Position numbers and translations under genes: made by a program. The notes beneath the pieces were generated by a model. It was not told where the DNA came from. It did no database searches and saw only the letters and a list, made by a program, of their open reading frames with translations. Below are positions 39,216 through 48,672 of a DNA stretch of 64,000 nt, piece after piece. The stretch lies in the NCBI GenBank assembly GCA_021814695.1, contig JAKAHY010000003.1, positions 20,692 to 84,691 on the forward strand. The letters are read 5' to 3'. Position 1 is the stretch's first letter. Every line of letters starts with the position of its first letter. The DNA is from a bacterium (GTDB lineage Bacteria > Patescibacteriota > Minisyncoccia > UBA6257 > JAGOQP01).

Positions 39216-39776
39216 ATGAACAATACAAAATTTATAGCAATTCTTATCGTCGTGGCTTTGGTCGTTGTTGGGGTTTATATGCTTGAAAACAGAAACGCAA
39301 CAGCTCCCGTTGTTTCCATGTCCGGCCAGACCCAAACATCGTTTGACCCGATGAATGCCACTTATAATATAGATGGTAAAGCTTACGCGCTCGTCAACGG
39401 AGTATCGGAAGTAGAGGCCGCTCCCGGATCGGCGTCAAAAATAACCACCCGTTATTTTGGCAATCAGGCCAGCGGAGACCTTAACGGAGATGGAGTGCCC
39501 GATTATGGATTTTTGATTACCCAAGACGGGGGAGGCAGCGGAACTTTTTTCTATGCGGTTGCGGCGATAAAAACGTCTTCCGGATATCAAATGACAAACG
39601 CCTATATTTTGGGAGATAGGATTGCTCCTCAGACTACGGAAATTATGGGTCAGGAGTTGGTGGTAAATTATGCGGATAGAAATCCCGGTGAGCCGATGAC
39701 CGCCCAGCCATCTTTGGGAGTATCAAAATATTTTAAAGTTACGCCCGATAATCAGCTTTTAGAAATTACTCCGTAG
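39216..39776 (+). CDS. Membrane-anchored hypothetical protein
   Basis: TM; GDLNGDG; GGGSGTFFY; LGDRIAPQ. Confidence 0.7.
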   Translation: MNNTKFIAILIVVALVVVGVYMLENRNATAPVVSMSGQTQTSFDPMNATYNIDGKAYALVNGVSEVEAAPGSASKITTRYFGNQASGDLNGDGVPDYGFLITQDGGGSGTFFYAVAAIKTSSGYQMTNAYILGDRIAPQTTEIMGQELVVNYADRNPGEPMTAQPSLGVSKYFKVTPDNQLLEITP

Positions 39777-39807
39777 TTATTTTTGGCGATAGTTATATAA
39801 TAAACAT

Positions 39808-40110
39808 ATGAGAGGATTTATTAATTTTATTCGTGAACAGGGAGTTGTGGGCCTTGCGGTCGGATTTATTTTAGGCGGCGCGGTATCCAAAGTAGTCTCT
39901 GCCCTGATAACCGACATTATCAATCCGATTTTGGGATTAATTTTGGGATTGGCGGGGGATTTAAAAACAGCATCGTTTGGCATCGGTTCGGCACAGGTTA
40001 TGTATGGGGATCTTATCAGTGTGCTTATAGATTTTATCGTGATTGCGCTGGTTGTTTATTTCGGAGTCAAAGTCATAGGGCTCGACAGATTGGATAAGAA
40101 AAAGGAATAG
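39808..40110 (+). CDS. mscL: Large-conductance mechanosensitive channel
   Basis: GVVGLAVGFILGGA..KVVSALI.DIINP; YGDLIS.LIDF. Confidence 0.88.
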   Translation: MRGFINFIREQGVVGLAVGFILGGAVSKVVSALITDIINPILGLILGLAGDLKTASFGIGSAQVMYGDLISVLIDFIVIALVVYFGVKVIGLDRLDKKKE

Positions 40111-40240
40111 TAGCCGGTAATAAAAAGACCGGTTTTTTATATCCCGAATGTAATTGACTAAATTATTAAATAATGATATAATCTTTTTGTGAACTAAAGC
40201 AGTACTTTACAACAAAACCAAACCGGAAAGGAGGCGTCAG

Positions 40241-40855
40241 ATGAGCGCGGAGCTGTTTGGCCTTCTTTCGGGAGGCCTCGTGGTGGTGAGCATTATCCCA
40301 TACTCAATTCGGACGTATCAGAGGAAAGTTGCTCCGAGACTCACGAGTTGGGCGCTTTGGTCATCGATCGGACTCATTCTGCTCCTCACTTACAGAAGTT
40401 CGGGAGCGGAAGCAAACATCTGGCCGGCAGTTTTCGGATTTTTCAATCCGATGCTTATCGTGCTTATCATCATCATAAGACAGCGCGGTAAGTTGGAATG
40501 GCCGAACAATCTGGAGATTGCCTGCATCGTGATCAGCATGACATCTCTTGTCATGTGGGTCATGGCGCATGAGAACAAAGAGCTTTCGCAATATGCTCTA
40601 TACATGGCGATCGTCGCCGACATCTTCGCTTCGATTCCGACCATCGACTTTGTATGGAGGCATCCGGACGAAGATCGGCCGTTTGCTTGGGCGTTGTTTG
40701 CAATTGGATACGGACTCGCGTTCTTCGCGATTCCCGAATCCACATTTGCAAACTACATTTTGCCCGCCTACATGGTTACCGCTTCTCTCAACATCATGTT
40801 CCCGTTGGTTTTGTACAGGCTAAAGAAAAACATTCCACTCAAAGAGTGGATCTAG
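40241..40855 (+). CDS. Multi-TM membrane protein (PQ-loop-like)
   Basis: Several TM segments; IPY.., SIPT..; own TTGACT promoter and SD AAAGGAGG. Confidence 0.65.
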   Translation: MSAELFGLLSGGLVVVSIIPYSIRTYQRKVAPRLTSWALWSSIGLILLLTYRSSGAEANIWPAVFGFFNPMLIVLIIIIRQRGKLEWPNNLEIACIVISMTSLVMWVMAHENKELSQYALYMAIVADIFASIPTIDFVWRHPDEDRPFAWALFAIGYGLAFFAIPESTFANYILPAYMVTASLNIMFPLVLYRLKKNIPLKEWI

Positions 40856-40950
40856 CCCCGCATAGAAGATTCTATTTCTCCTGCGGGGTTTTTGTTTTAA
40901 TTTTGCGATGATATAATAACCTTAGAACACAACACAAAAGGAGAGTGTTT

Positions 40951-41327
40951 ATGGGTAAAGGCCGAAAACTTAGCCTTAAGAAAGCCAAAGAGAATTTGGG
41001 CAAGGCGATGGAAGAAGGGGATCCGAAGAAAATCGCTGCCGCTGCCGCAAGAGTGATGCTGGCCGATCCCATGTCAAATAATGTTTTTTGTACGGCCTCG
41101 CTCTTTTACCGCTGCTTTCTAAATTGGTTAAGGACAAGCGATATGAGCCCTACGTTGACCATGTCATCAGGCCGATGATTTTGGCGGAAATGAAAGAGAT
41201 AAAAAAGAAGGTCGGCAAGCCTCTTCCAAGGCATTACAAGGAGATTGTCATTAAGTCATTTATGTACGCGCTCAGGAAACCGTTGCGGAAAAACAAAGCA
41301 CCTCAGGAATCAAATAAAGAAGAATAA
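40951..41327 (+). pseudogene. Probable frameshifted hypothetical gene (T6 run at 41084-41089)
   Basis: Adding one T fuses the 40951 and 41088 ORFs: ...MSNNVFLYGLALLPLL... Confidence 0.5.
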
Positions 41328-41474
41328 CCGGGAAAGCCCGGATTTTTTTATAAAGAATTGACTTAGGTATTTGCTTTAGATAGCGCTTTTTAATATTCAA
41401 AACCTTTTTGAGGGCTTTATTTAACCATAAAAAACGTCTATAATAGGGATTATAATAATAGTCTAATTTAATTA

Positions 41475-43040
41475 ATGAAAAACATTCTTTTCAAAGTGTG
41501 GGGGTTTGTAAAACGTCGATGGCTTTTGGTTTCTATTCTTGTGATTATTCTTTTGGTTGTCGTTCTCTTGTTTAGCAAGGGCAATGGCGCCATTTCAACG
41601 GTTGCCGTAACCAGAGGCTCGGTTGTTTCTTTGGTAAATATCACCGGACAAGTAAGGCCGCCACAAAGTTTGGATATGGCTTTCTTGCAGGGGGGAAGAA
41701 TAGCAAAAATATATGTTTCCGTGGGAGATAAGGTTTCAGCCGGACAAACTCTGGCTCATTTGGAGAACGCCGATCTTGTTGCTCAGGTGGCTCAAGCGGA
41801 GGCCAGCGTTAAATCGCAGCAGGCTCAATTGGACGAGCTTGTAAACGGAACGCGCCCCGAAACTTTGCAATCCAAAAAAGCCGAACTCGACCAGGCTAAA
41901 GCGCTTTTGGCCAGTTATCAGACCAATGCCATAAACGTTCTTAACGATGCTTATGCCAAATCGGATGATGCGGTGAGAAAACAAACCGACGGAATGTTTA
42001 ATAACGATAATTCAAATTATCCGACACTGACTTTTTCTTCCGGTGATGCCCAAGCCGTTATTGACGCTCAATCGCTCCGGGTAAGTGCCGGATCCGAATT
42101 AAGCAAATGGCAAACCGAGCTTTTGCAGCTGCAATCCGGATTCACCTCAGATTCCATAGACGCGGCGCTTGCCAGCGGACAAAACCATCTGACGGTTATC
42201 AGAAACTTTCTTCAAAGAGTTTCGGATGCGCTCGAAAGCCCCATAGGGATATCCGCCGCTACCGTCGATTCCTATAAACTTAACGTCAATACCGGACGCA
42301 CAAACGTAAATACCGCTTCAACCAACATTACCAGCCAACAGCAGTTGATTGTTTCCCAAAAATTATCCGTAGATAAAATCCAAAGCGACTACGATCTGCT
42401 CGTTGCCGGTTCGACCCCCGAACAAATTGCCTCCCAACAGGCGCAGGTTGATGAAGCCAAAGCAAACGCTCTATACCAGGAAGCCTTGTACGAAAAAACT
42501 TTAATCAGAGCTCCGTTTGACGGAACCGTTACAAGATTGCCGTTTAGGCAAGGAGATACGGTCACGATAAGCGACGCGGTGGTTTCTCTCGTGGGAACCG
42601 GAAAAATGCAGATTGAAGGAAGCGTTGCCGAGACCGATATATCCAGGGTAAAAATAGGGGAATCGGCTCAGGTGACGCTGGATGCTTATGGACCGAACGT
42701 TATTTTCGATGCCAAAGTTATAAAAATAGACCTTTCGGCAACGGCATTGGAAGGAGTCGCCACCTACAAGACAACTTTAGAATTCAATCAGATGGACTCT
42801 CGGATTTTACCGGGACTGACCGCCAACGTTGATATTCTTTCGGACAAACGGGATAACGTTTTGTACATTCCTACCCGTGACGTAGTGGAGCAAGAAGGAA
42901 AAAAATATGCCAATGTTCTTGTTAATGCCGAAGACAAGCAAACCAAGCAGGTTGAAATAACTACCGGCCTCAGGGGTTCGGACGGAAAAACCGAAATAAC
43001 TTCGGGGCTTAACGAAGGAGATTCGGTTGTGGCTGAATAA
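41475..43040 (+). CDS. Efflux periplasmic adaptor subunit (MacA-like), cluster 2
   Basis: TM, GDKVSAGQ, coiled coil, RAPFDG, EITSGLNEGD. Confidence 0.88.
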   Translation: MKNILFKVWGFVKRRWLLVSILVIILLVVVLLFSKGNGAISTVAVTRGSVVSLVNITGQVRPPQSLDMAFLQGGRIAKIYVSVGDKVSAGQTLAHLENADLVAQVAQAEASVKSQQAQLDELVNGTRPETLQSKKAELDQAKALLASYQTNAINVLNDAYAKSDDAVRKQTDGMFNNDNSNYPTLTFSSGDAQAVIDAQSLRVSAGSELSKWQTELLQLQSGFTSDSIDAALASGQNHLTVIRNFLQRVSDALESPIGISAATVDSYKLNVNTGRTNVNTASTNITSQQQLIVSQKLSVDKIQSDYDLLVAGSTPEQIASQQAQVDEAKANALYQEALYEKTLIRAPFDGTVTRLPFRQGDTVTISDAVVSLVGTGKMQIEGSVAETDISRVKIGESAQVTLDAYGPNVIFDAKVIKIDLSATALEGVATYKTTLEFNQMDSRILPGLTANVDILSDKRDNVLYIPTRDVVEQEGKKYANVLVNAEDKQTKQVEITTGLRGSDGKTEITSGLNEGDSVVAE

Positions 43041-43049
43041 TTTCGCAGC

Positions 43050-43772
43050 ATGGAAAAGCTCATAGAGGTAAAAAATTTAACCAAAGTATACGAGGAGGGG
43101 GATTCCAAAACCTTTGCCGTAGACGATATTTCCCTGACCATCGACAGGGGAGAATTTGTTTCCATAGTCGGACCTTCCGGTTCCGGAAAATCGACCCTGA
43201 TGCATATTTTAGGATGCTTAGACAGGCCGACTTCGGGAAAATATTTTTTTAACGGCAAAGAGATTAATTCATATTCGGACGAGGAGCTTGCCAAAATCCG
43301 GAATAAGGAAATAGGGTTCGTGTTTCAGGCATTCAATCTTCTGCCGCGTTTATCGGTAATGGAAAACGTTATGATGCCGCTGGTGTATGCCGGAATTCCG
43401 GAGTCCAAGCGGTTGACACAATGCGAAAGAGCCGTGGATTTGGTCGGGCTTCATGACAGGGAAAAATATCAGACGGCAAAATTATCCGGCGGACAGAAAC
43501 AAAGAGTCGCCATTGCCAGAGCCATCGTAAACGAGCCGGCGATAATATTTGCCGACGAACCTACCGGAAACCTGGACTCAAAGTCCGGGGCGGTTGTTTT
43601 GGAATTTTTGCAGAAGCTTAATAAAGAGGGACACACGATAGTTATCGTTACCCACGAAACTTACGTAGCCGAATCCGCCAGAAGAATAATCTCTATAAAG
43701 GACGGTAAAATAGAAAGCGATATGAAAGTCGAACATCAGAGAATTGTTTCCAAAGACGCTTTAATAAAATAA
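43050..43772 (+). CDS. ABC transporter ATP-binding protein (MacB/LolD family)
   Basis: [31 protein letters not shown]. Confidence 0.95.
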   Translation: MEKLIEVKNLTKVYEEGDSKTFAVDDISLTIDRGEFVSIVGPSGSGKSTLMHILGCLDRPTSGKYFFNGKEINSYSDEELAKIRNKEIGFVFQAFNLLPRLSVMENVMMPLVYAGIPESKRLTQCERAVDLVGLHDREKYQTAKLSGGQKQRVAIARAIVNEPAIIFADEPTGNLDSKSGAVVLEFLQKLNKEGHTIVIVTHETYVAESARRIISIKDGKIESDMKVEHQRIVSKDALIK

Positions 43773-45014
43773 ATGAAAACCAAAGATACTCTAAAAATTG
43801 CAGTCGAAGGCCTGACTACGCATAAATCGCGTACGATGCTGACAATTCTGGGAATAGTTATCGGAATCGCTTCGATCATGCTTGTGATGTCCATCGGGCA
43901 AAGTGCCCAGAATCTGATATTGGGTCAGATACAAAGTTTCGGCCCGACTCTCGTGTCGGTGCACCCGGGACGCCGGCCCCAAAGCTTGGCGGGATTTACG
44001 GGAGTTCTTTTTAACGATTCGCTAAAACAGCGGGACGTTGATACGCTTGCCCAGAAAACAAACGTACCCGACGCGGTTCGTATCGCGCCTTACGTTTTTA
44101 CCAGCACTCCGGTTTCTTTCGGATCGGAATCGTATACAACTTTTGTCATGGGCAGTTCGCAGGATGTTTTTAATTCCTTCCATTTGGACGTAGCCCAGGG
44201 AGTCGCTCTTACGGACTCGGATGTCGCCTCAAGAAGCTCAGTGGCTGTTATCGGACAAAAATTGGCAAACGAACTGTTCGGCGCCAATAATCCGATAGGA
44301 CAAAACATAAAAGTCAAAAATAAAAATTTCAGAGTCATAGGGGTTCTTGCTCCAAAGGGACAGATGGTTTCTTTGAACTGGGATGAAATTGTCTTGACTC
44401 CTTATTCTTCTCTTCAGCAATATGTTTTGGGAATACATTATTTTAACGAAATTTCGGTTGAGGCCAGTTCTTTGGCGACCGTACCGACGGTGATTGCCGA
44501 CATAACCAGAGTTCTCAGGCAAAACCACAACATAACGGATCCGACAAAAGACGACTTTTATATTCAAACTCAGGAAGATGCGGCCAATACCGTCAGCTCC
44601 ATTACCGACATTCTTACATTACTGCTCACCTCCGTTGCCGCTATTTCGCTTGTAGTGGGCGGAATCGGAATTATGAATATAATGTTGGTTTCGGTTACCG
44701 AGCGAACCAGGGAAATCGGGTTGAGAAAATCTTTGGGAGCAACCGATAAAAATATACTTGTCCAATTTTTGACCGAGGCCATTATGCTGACTCTTGCGGG
44801 CGGAATAATCGGAATTATTTTAGGTACGTCTTTAGGACTCGCGATAACTTATATGATAGATAAATTCGGCGGCCTTTCGTTTCCGTATTCGTTTTCTCTT
44901 TCGGGAGCGATATTGGGCGTTATAGTTTCGAGCGTCATCGGATTGGCTTTCGGAATATTTCCGGCAAGGCAGGCATCCCAAAAGAGCCCGATTGAGGCTT
45001 TGCGTTACGAATAG
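43773..45014 (+). CDS. MacB/FtsX-type ABC permease
   Basis: LTILGIVIGI, VGGIGIMN, ERTREIG, PIEALRYE. Confidence 0.93.
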   Translation: MKTKDTLKIAVEGLTTHKSRTMLTILGIVIGIASIMLVMSIGQSAQNLILGQIQSFGPTLVSVHPGRRPQSLAGFTGVLFNDSLKQRDVDTLAQKTNVPDAVRIAPYVFTSTPVSFGSESYTTFVMGSSQDVFNSFHLDVAQGVALTDSDVASRSSVAVIGQKLANELFGANNPIGQNIKVKNKNFRVIGVLAPKGQMVSLNWDEIVLTPYSSLQQYVLGIHYFNEISVEASSLATVPTVIADITRVLRQNHNITDPTKDDFYIQTQEDAANTVSSITDILTLLLTSVAAISLVVGGIGIMNIMLVSVTERTREIGLRKSLGATDKNILVQFLTEAIMLTLAGGIIGIILGTSLGLAITYMIDKFGGLSFPYSFSLSGAILGVIVSSVIGLAFGIFPARQASQKSPIEALRYE

Positions 45015-45029
45015 AAACTCCGTTTTTTG

Positions 45030-45073
45030 TTATCCACAGCCATTATTGACGCTGTATATTGATAAGGTACAAT
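45030..45073 (+). promoter_or_regulatory. DnaA box TTATCCACA followed by a sigma70 promoter TTGACG-16-TACAAT
   Basis: Box 45030-45038; -35 at 45046-45051; -10 at 45068-45073. Confidence 0.55.
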
Positions 45074-45077
45074 AAGA

Positions 45078-45207
45078 GAGCATAAAGCAATTTATTCCAA
45101 TCGTTGCTTATGTTCGCCAAGGGCGAATCGGTTTCTTGGTGTGAGGCCTTGAAATCAAAAAGTAAGGATTGGGCTTCAAGGTCCCCTCCGTTTGCGGAGG
45201 GGATTTT
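45078..45207 (+). ncRNA. Candidate small structured RNA (~125 nt)
   Basis: Promoter upstream; several hairpins; strong terminator TCCCCTCCG-TTTG-CGGAGGGGA-TTTT; no SD-led ORF. Confidence 0.4.
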
Positions 45208-45251
45208 GTGTATATGGAGAATTATTATCGGCTTATGATATAATCGCGTTT

Positions 45252-45785
45252 ATGTTATCTATAGCAGTCGGAACAACTTCCGAACAAAAAATAGGATATC
45301 TCAAGGAAGTATTAAAGGAGCTCAATATTGATGCTCAAATTTTTCCGTGCGAGGTAAAAAGCTTGGTTTCCGAACAGCCGTTGACTTCGCAGGAAACAAA
45401 AGAGGGCTCAATTAACCGCGCCCGGCACGCATTCGAGCTGACAAAAGAATCGAGAAAGTCCGTTGATTTTGCAATCGGAATCGAGGTCGGATACGAAATA
45501 AACGAAAAGGGAAATTACGAAATATTTTGCTGGACTTCGGTTATTGACGGGAAAGGAGACACTATATCGGGGCAATCGAGTAATTTTTTGATGCCCAATT
45601 TATTTCAGAAAGTAATCAAAGAAGACAAATATGTTTATCATTATCTTGATGAATATATGGCGAGCCACAATGACGTCGTAGAAAAAGCAGTCGGAGAAAT
45701 GATCCGCAACAGAAAGCCGTTTATAGTGGATGCCACAAGAAAAGCTCTCATGTACCATCTGAAGAAAGAAGATTTTAAACAATAA
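45252..45785 (+). CDS. YjjX/DUF84 inosine-xanthosine triphosphatase-like protein
   Basis: IAVGTTS..K, VSEQP....ETK.GS.NRA, GIEVG. Confidence 0.8.
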   Translation: MLSIAVGTTSEQKIGYLKEVLKELNIDAQIFPCEVKSLVSEQPLTSQETKEGSINRARHAFELTKESRKSVDFAIGIEVGYEINEKGNYEIFCWTSVIDGKGDTISGQSSNFLMPNLFQKVIKEDKYVYHYLDEYMASHNDVVEKAVGEMIRNRKPFIVDATRKALMYHLKKEDFKQ

Positions 45786-45795
45786 TCAAAAACAG

Positions 45796-46728
45796 ATGAA
45801 AAAAGCGGTTAAAATTATTTTTTTGATTGCCGTTGTGGGGGTTGCCGGATACGCGTTCCGCAACCAATTGGAATTTGTCGTTTCGAGATTTAAAACCCAA
45901 TTTTTACCCTGCCAGCAGCCGATAACATATTCCATCGGTTCTTTTGATTCGCGGTTCGGCATTACAAAGGAAAACTTTCTCACAGACGTGAATAAAGCGG
46001 TTCAGATATGGGACAAGCCGGTTAACAGGCAATTATTCGAATATTCTCCCACGGGAAGTTTGAAGATTAATCTTATTTATGATTATCGTCAGGAGGCTAC
46101 AAACAAACTTCAGCAATTGGGTATAGTCGTGGATAACACCAATAGCTCATATGACGCAATCAAAACAAGATACGACACGATGATGGCCGACTATCAGCAG
46201 AAGAAATCGGCATTGGATGTTCGCATCGCATCTTTTCAAAGCCAGCAAGACGCGTACAACGCGGAAGTCAGTTCGTGGAATAAAAAAGGAGGAGCGCCGG
46301 AAAATATTTACAATCAGCTCAATCAGCAAAAAGCTTCCCTGGATGCGGAAGTTGTCGCCATAAATCAGGAGGAGTCGGTTCTGAATGCGGAGGCGACAAA
46401 CATCAATGCTTTGATTGTCGCATTAAATCAACTGATTAACGAATTAAATCTGAACATTTCCCAATATAATGCCGTAGGCGGACAACAAGGGGGAGAATTT
46501 GAAGAGGGGAGTTTTCAAAGCGGTCCGGCAGGTGAATCGATTGATGTCTATGAATTTAGCAGTCAGGATAAACTCATCAGGGTATTGGCGCATGAACTTG
46601 GGCACGCGTTGGGTCTTAATCACGTTAATGATCCTAAAGCGATCATGTACAGATTAAATTATTCAACCAACGAAAGTTTATCGACCGCGGATCTGGCGGC
46701 GTTAAAATCATTGTGCGGTATAAAATAG
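45796..46728 (+). CDS. Matrixin-family (M10) metalloprotease with coiled-coil insert
   Basis: HELGHALGLNH zinc motif; AIMY Met-turn; N-terminal TM. Confidence 0.85.
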   Translation: MKKAVKIIFLIAVVGVAGYAFRNQLEFVVSRFKTQFLPCQQPITYSIGSFDSRFGITKENFLTDVNKAVQIWDKPVNRQLFEYSPTGSLKINLIYDYRQEATNKLQQLGIVVDNTNSSYDAIKTRYDTMMADYQQKKSALDVRIASFQSQQDAYNAEVSSWNKKGGAPENIYNQLNQQKASLDAEVVAINQEESVLNAEATNINALIVALNQLINELNLNISQYNAVGGQQGGEFEEGSFQSGPAGESIDVYEFSSQDKLIRVLAHELGHALGLNHVNDPKAIMYRLNYSTNESLSTADLAALKSLCGIK

Positions 46729-46790
46729 TGCGCTTATTCCGGATTCTTGTGTGTATTGACAATTATATTTATATATGATATACTAACATC

Positions 46791-47121
46791 GTTGTACACT
46801 TAATAATGTCTAAGGTGTGTTCGGGGAGGCGCATATCGCGACGAAGCGTAATGTGCCAAACCGGACACCTCCAAAGGCGCTTCGAGCGCCAGACAGTGGA
46901 CCGATGGTCCACACGGGGCGGCTAGTGCTGCTCCACGAGTCCGGCCGTCAAGAATCGGTAATATCCGGCGGCATCAAGCGGATCAACCCGAAAACCACGG
47001 CTCGACTCCAAACACCCGGGGTAGCGCCCATGCATGCCAACCGCGGCTAAGTCCGCAACCGGCTCATAGGGTAATGCGCCCCACTCCAACAACAGGACGT
47101 TTCTTCGGAAACGTCCTTTTT
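46791..47121 (+). ncRNA. Candidate structured ncRNA (~330 nt)
   Basis: TTGACA-17-TATACT (46756-46784); GC-rich run of hairpins; terminator AGGACGTTTC-TTCG-GAAACGTCCT-TTTT; no SD-led ORF. Confidence 0.6.
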
Positions 47122-47186
47122 CATTTACCTTTATTTGGCAATTAGTTCTATAATTAAGATATTAGAATTAACCTGTTTAATTTAAT

Positions 47187-47480
47187 ATGACTCCACAACA
47201 ATTAAGGGAAAAACTGGCCAAAGGAGAAAAGGTTAAGATACTCGATGTCCGTGAGCGCGAAGAATATGAGCAGGGAGATAAAATAGAAGGGGCCGAAAAT
47301 ATGCCTATGGGCAGGGTTTTTGTAGAAGCTCAAAAAGGAACATTGCCGAAAGATGAGCATATAGTGACCGTATGCAAAACCGGAGGCAGGTGTGAAATTG
47401 TCGCCCGCGAACTCAAAAACAAGGGTTATAATATAGAGCATCTTGAGGGAGGAATAGATGAGTGGAAAAAACAAAATTAA
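47187..47480 (+). CDS. Rhodanese-like domain protein
   Basis: LDVRE.EEY, CKTGGR, LEGGI.EW. Confidence 0.9.
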   Translation: MTPQQLREKLAKGEKVKILDVREREEYEQGDKIEGAENMPMGRVFVEAQKGTLPKDEHIVTVCKTGGRCEIVARELKNKGYNIEHLEGGIDEWKKQN

Positions 47481-47540
47481 GATACAGATAGAAATAAGTT
47501 AATACAAAATAAATTGTCGGGTTTGTGATATAATTTACCT

Positions 47541-47720
47541 ATGAAGAACAAATTTGAAGGAATTTTTGAAATAATTGCGGCACTTATAGTTCTGTTTTCT
47601 TCGATGTGGGATCCGAAAATTTCGATTGTTTTGTCAGTCTCCGCACTGATTATTTTTGGTGTCATTAAATTATTGACCGGCGAAAAAAATAAAAAGTCGC
47701 AGCCGGAAATTAATAACTAA
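47541..47720 (+). CDS. Small two-TM membrane protein (59 aa, not in track)
   Basis: MKNKFEGIFEIIAALIVLFSSMWDPKISIVLSVSALIIFGVIKLL...; TGATATAAT upstream. Confidence 0.6.
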   Translation: MKNKFEGIFEIIAALIVLFSSMWDPKISIVLSVSALIIFGVIKLLTGEKNKKSQPEINN

Positions 47721-47728
47721 AATAAAAT

Positions 47729-48133
47729 ATGAAAGGTTTTGTAGATAATATAGAGAAGCTTTCATTGGAGAATGAAAACTTCCGCAAAGTTTTGTACACC
47801 GCAAAAAACAGCCAATTAGTGGTGATGAGTCTGTTGCCGGGAGAAGAAATCGGAATGGAGGTCCATCACTTGGATCAATTTATAAGAGTCGAATCCGGAC
47901 AGGGGAAGGCTATTTTGGATGGAGTTGAGCATGATATAAGCGACGGATTTGCCGTAGTTGTCCCGGCCGGGACAAATCACAACATCATCAACACCTCTCA
48001 AGCGGAAAAGATGAAGTTGTATACCGTTTACTCTCCTCCGAATCACAAAGACGGAAAAATACACGTTACCAAAGCGGATGCCGAGGCCGACGAAGGCGAG
48101 CACTTTGAGGGCGTGACAACCGAACAAATGTAA
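47729..48133 (+). CDS. Cupin domain protein
   Basis: QLVVMSL.PGEEIG.EVH..DQF...VPAGT.HNIIN. Confidence 0.9.
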   Translation: MKGFVDNIEKLSLENENFRKVLYTAKNSQLVVMSLLPGEEIGMEVHHLDQFIRVESGQGKAILDGVEHDISDGFAVVVPAGTNHNIINTSQAEKMKLYTVYSPPNHKDGKIHVTKADAEADEGEHFEGVTTEQM

Positions 48134-48141
48134 ATCAATTT

Positions 48142-48669
48142 ATGAACAAAAAGATTTTTGTAATCAGGGGATTGCTCCGATTGGCTTTGGGATGGATATT
48201 CTTGTGGGCATTTTTGGATAAGCTTTTCGGGCTCGGATTCTCTACGGCAAAAAGTTCTTCCTGGATTGCCGGCGGTTCTCCGACTCTCGGTTTTTTAAAA
48301 AATGCCGTTACCGGACCGTTGGCCGGTTTTTATCACGGAATAGCCGGAAATCCCATTGTTGATTGGTTGTTTATGCTCGGGCTTTTGGCGGTAGGACTGC
48401 TTCTTATGCTTGGGGTTGCCATTCGTTTTGCCAGCGCTATCGGAATAGCCATGTTGGCTTTAATGTATTCGGCTCTCTTATTGCCGACAACCAATCCGTT
48501 TTTGGATGAACACCTGATTTACATTCTGATTCTGGCGGCTTTGTACATAAGCGAACCCGGAGAATTTTTAGGACTCGGAAAGTGGTGGAAAAATTACGTG
48601 TTTGCAAAAAAATTCTATATTTGCGGCAATGCGGAAAGTGAGCCGACATCGGGAGCTGTAAACCAATAA
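48142..48669 (+). CDS. DoxX/DoxD-like membrane protein
   Basis: LRLALGWIFLWAFLDKLFG...GGSPT.GFL; NPFLDEH. Confidence 0.8.
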   Translation: MNKKIFVIRGLLRLALGWIFLWAFLDKLFGLGFSTAKSSSWIAGGSPTLGFLKNAVTGPLAGFYHGIAGNPIVDWLFMLGLLAVGLLLMLGVAIRFASAIGIAMLALMYSALLLPTTNPFLDEHLIYILILAALYISEPGEFLGLGKWWKNYVFAKKFYICGNAESEPTSGAVNQ

Positions 48670-48672
48670 ACA

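Noticed and set aside
46817-47050. 77-aa ORF, or tmRNA/RNase P identity for the 330-nt unit
   Set aside because: No SD or protein motif; no T-loop plus CCA end, no tag ending in Ala-Ala, no GAGGAAAGTCC P4 motif
47046-47062. Resemblance of GCTAAGTCCGCAAC to a 16S rRNA segment (GTTAAGTCCCGCAAC)
   Set aside because: Match is too short and the flanks show no rRNA similarity
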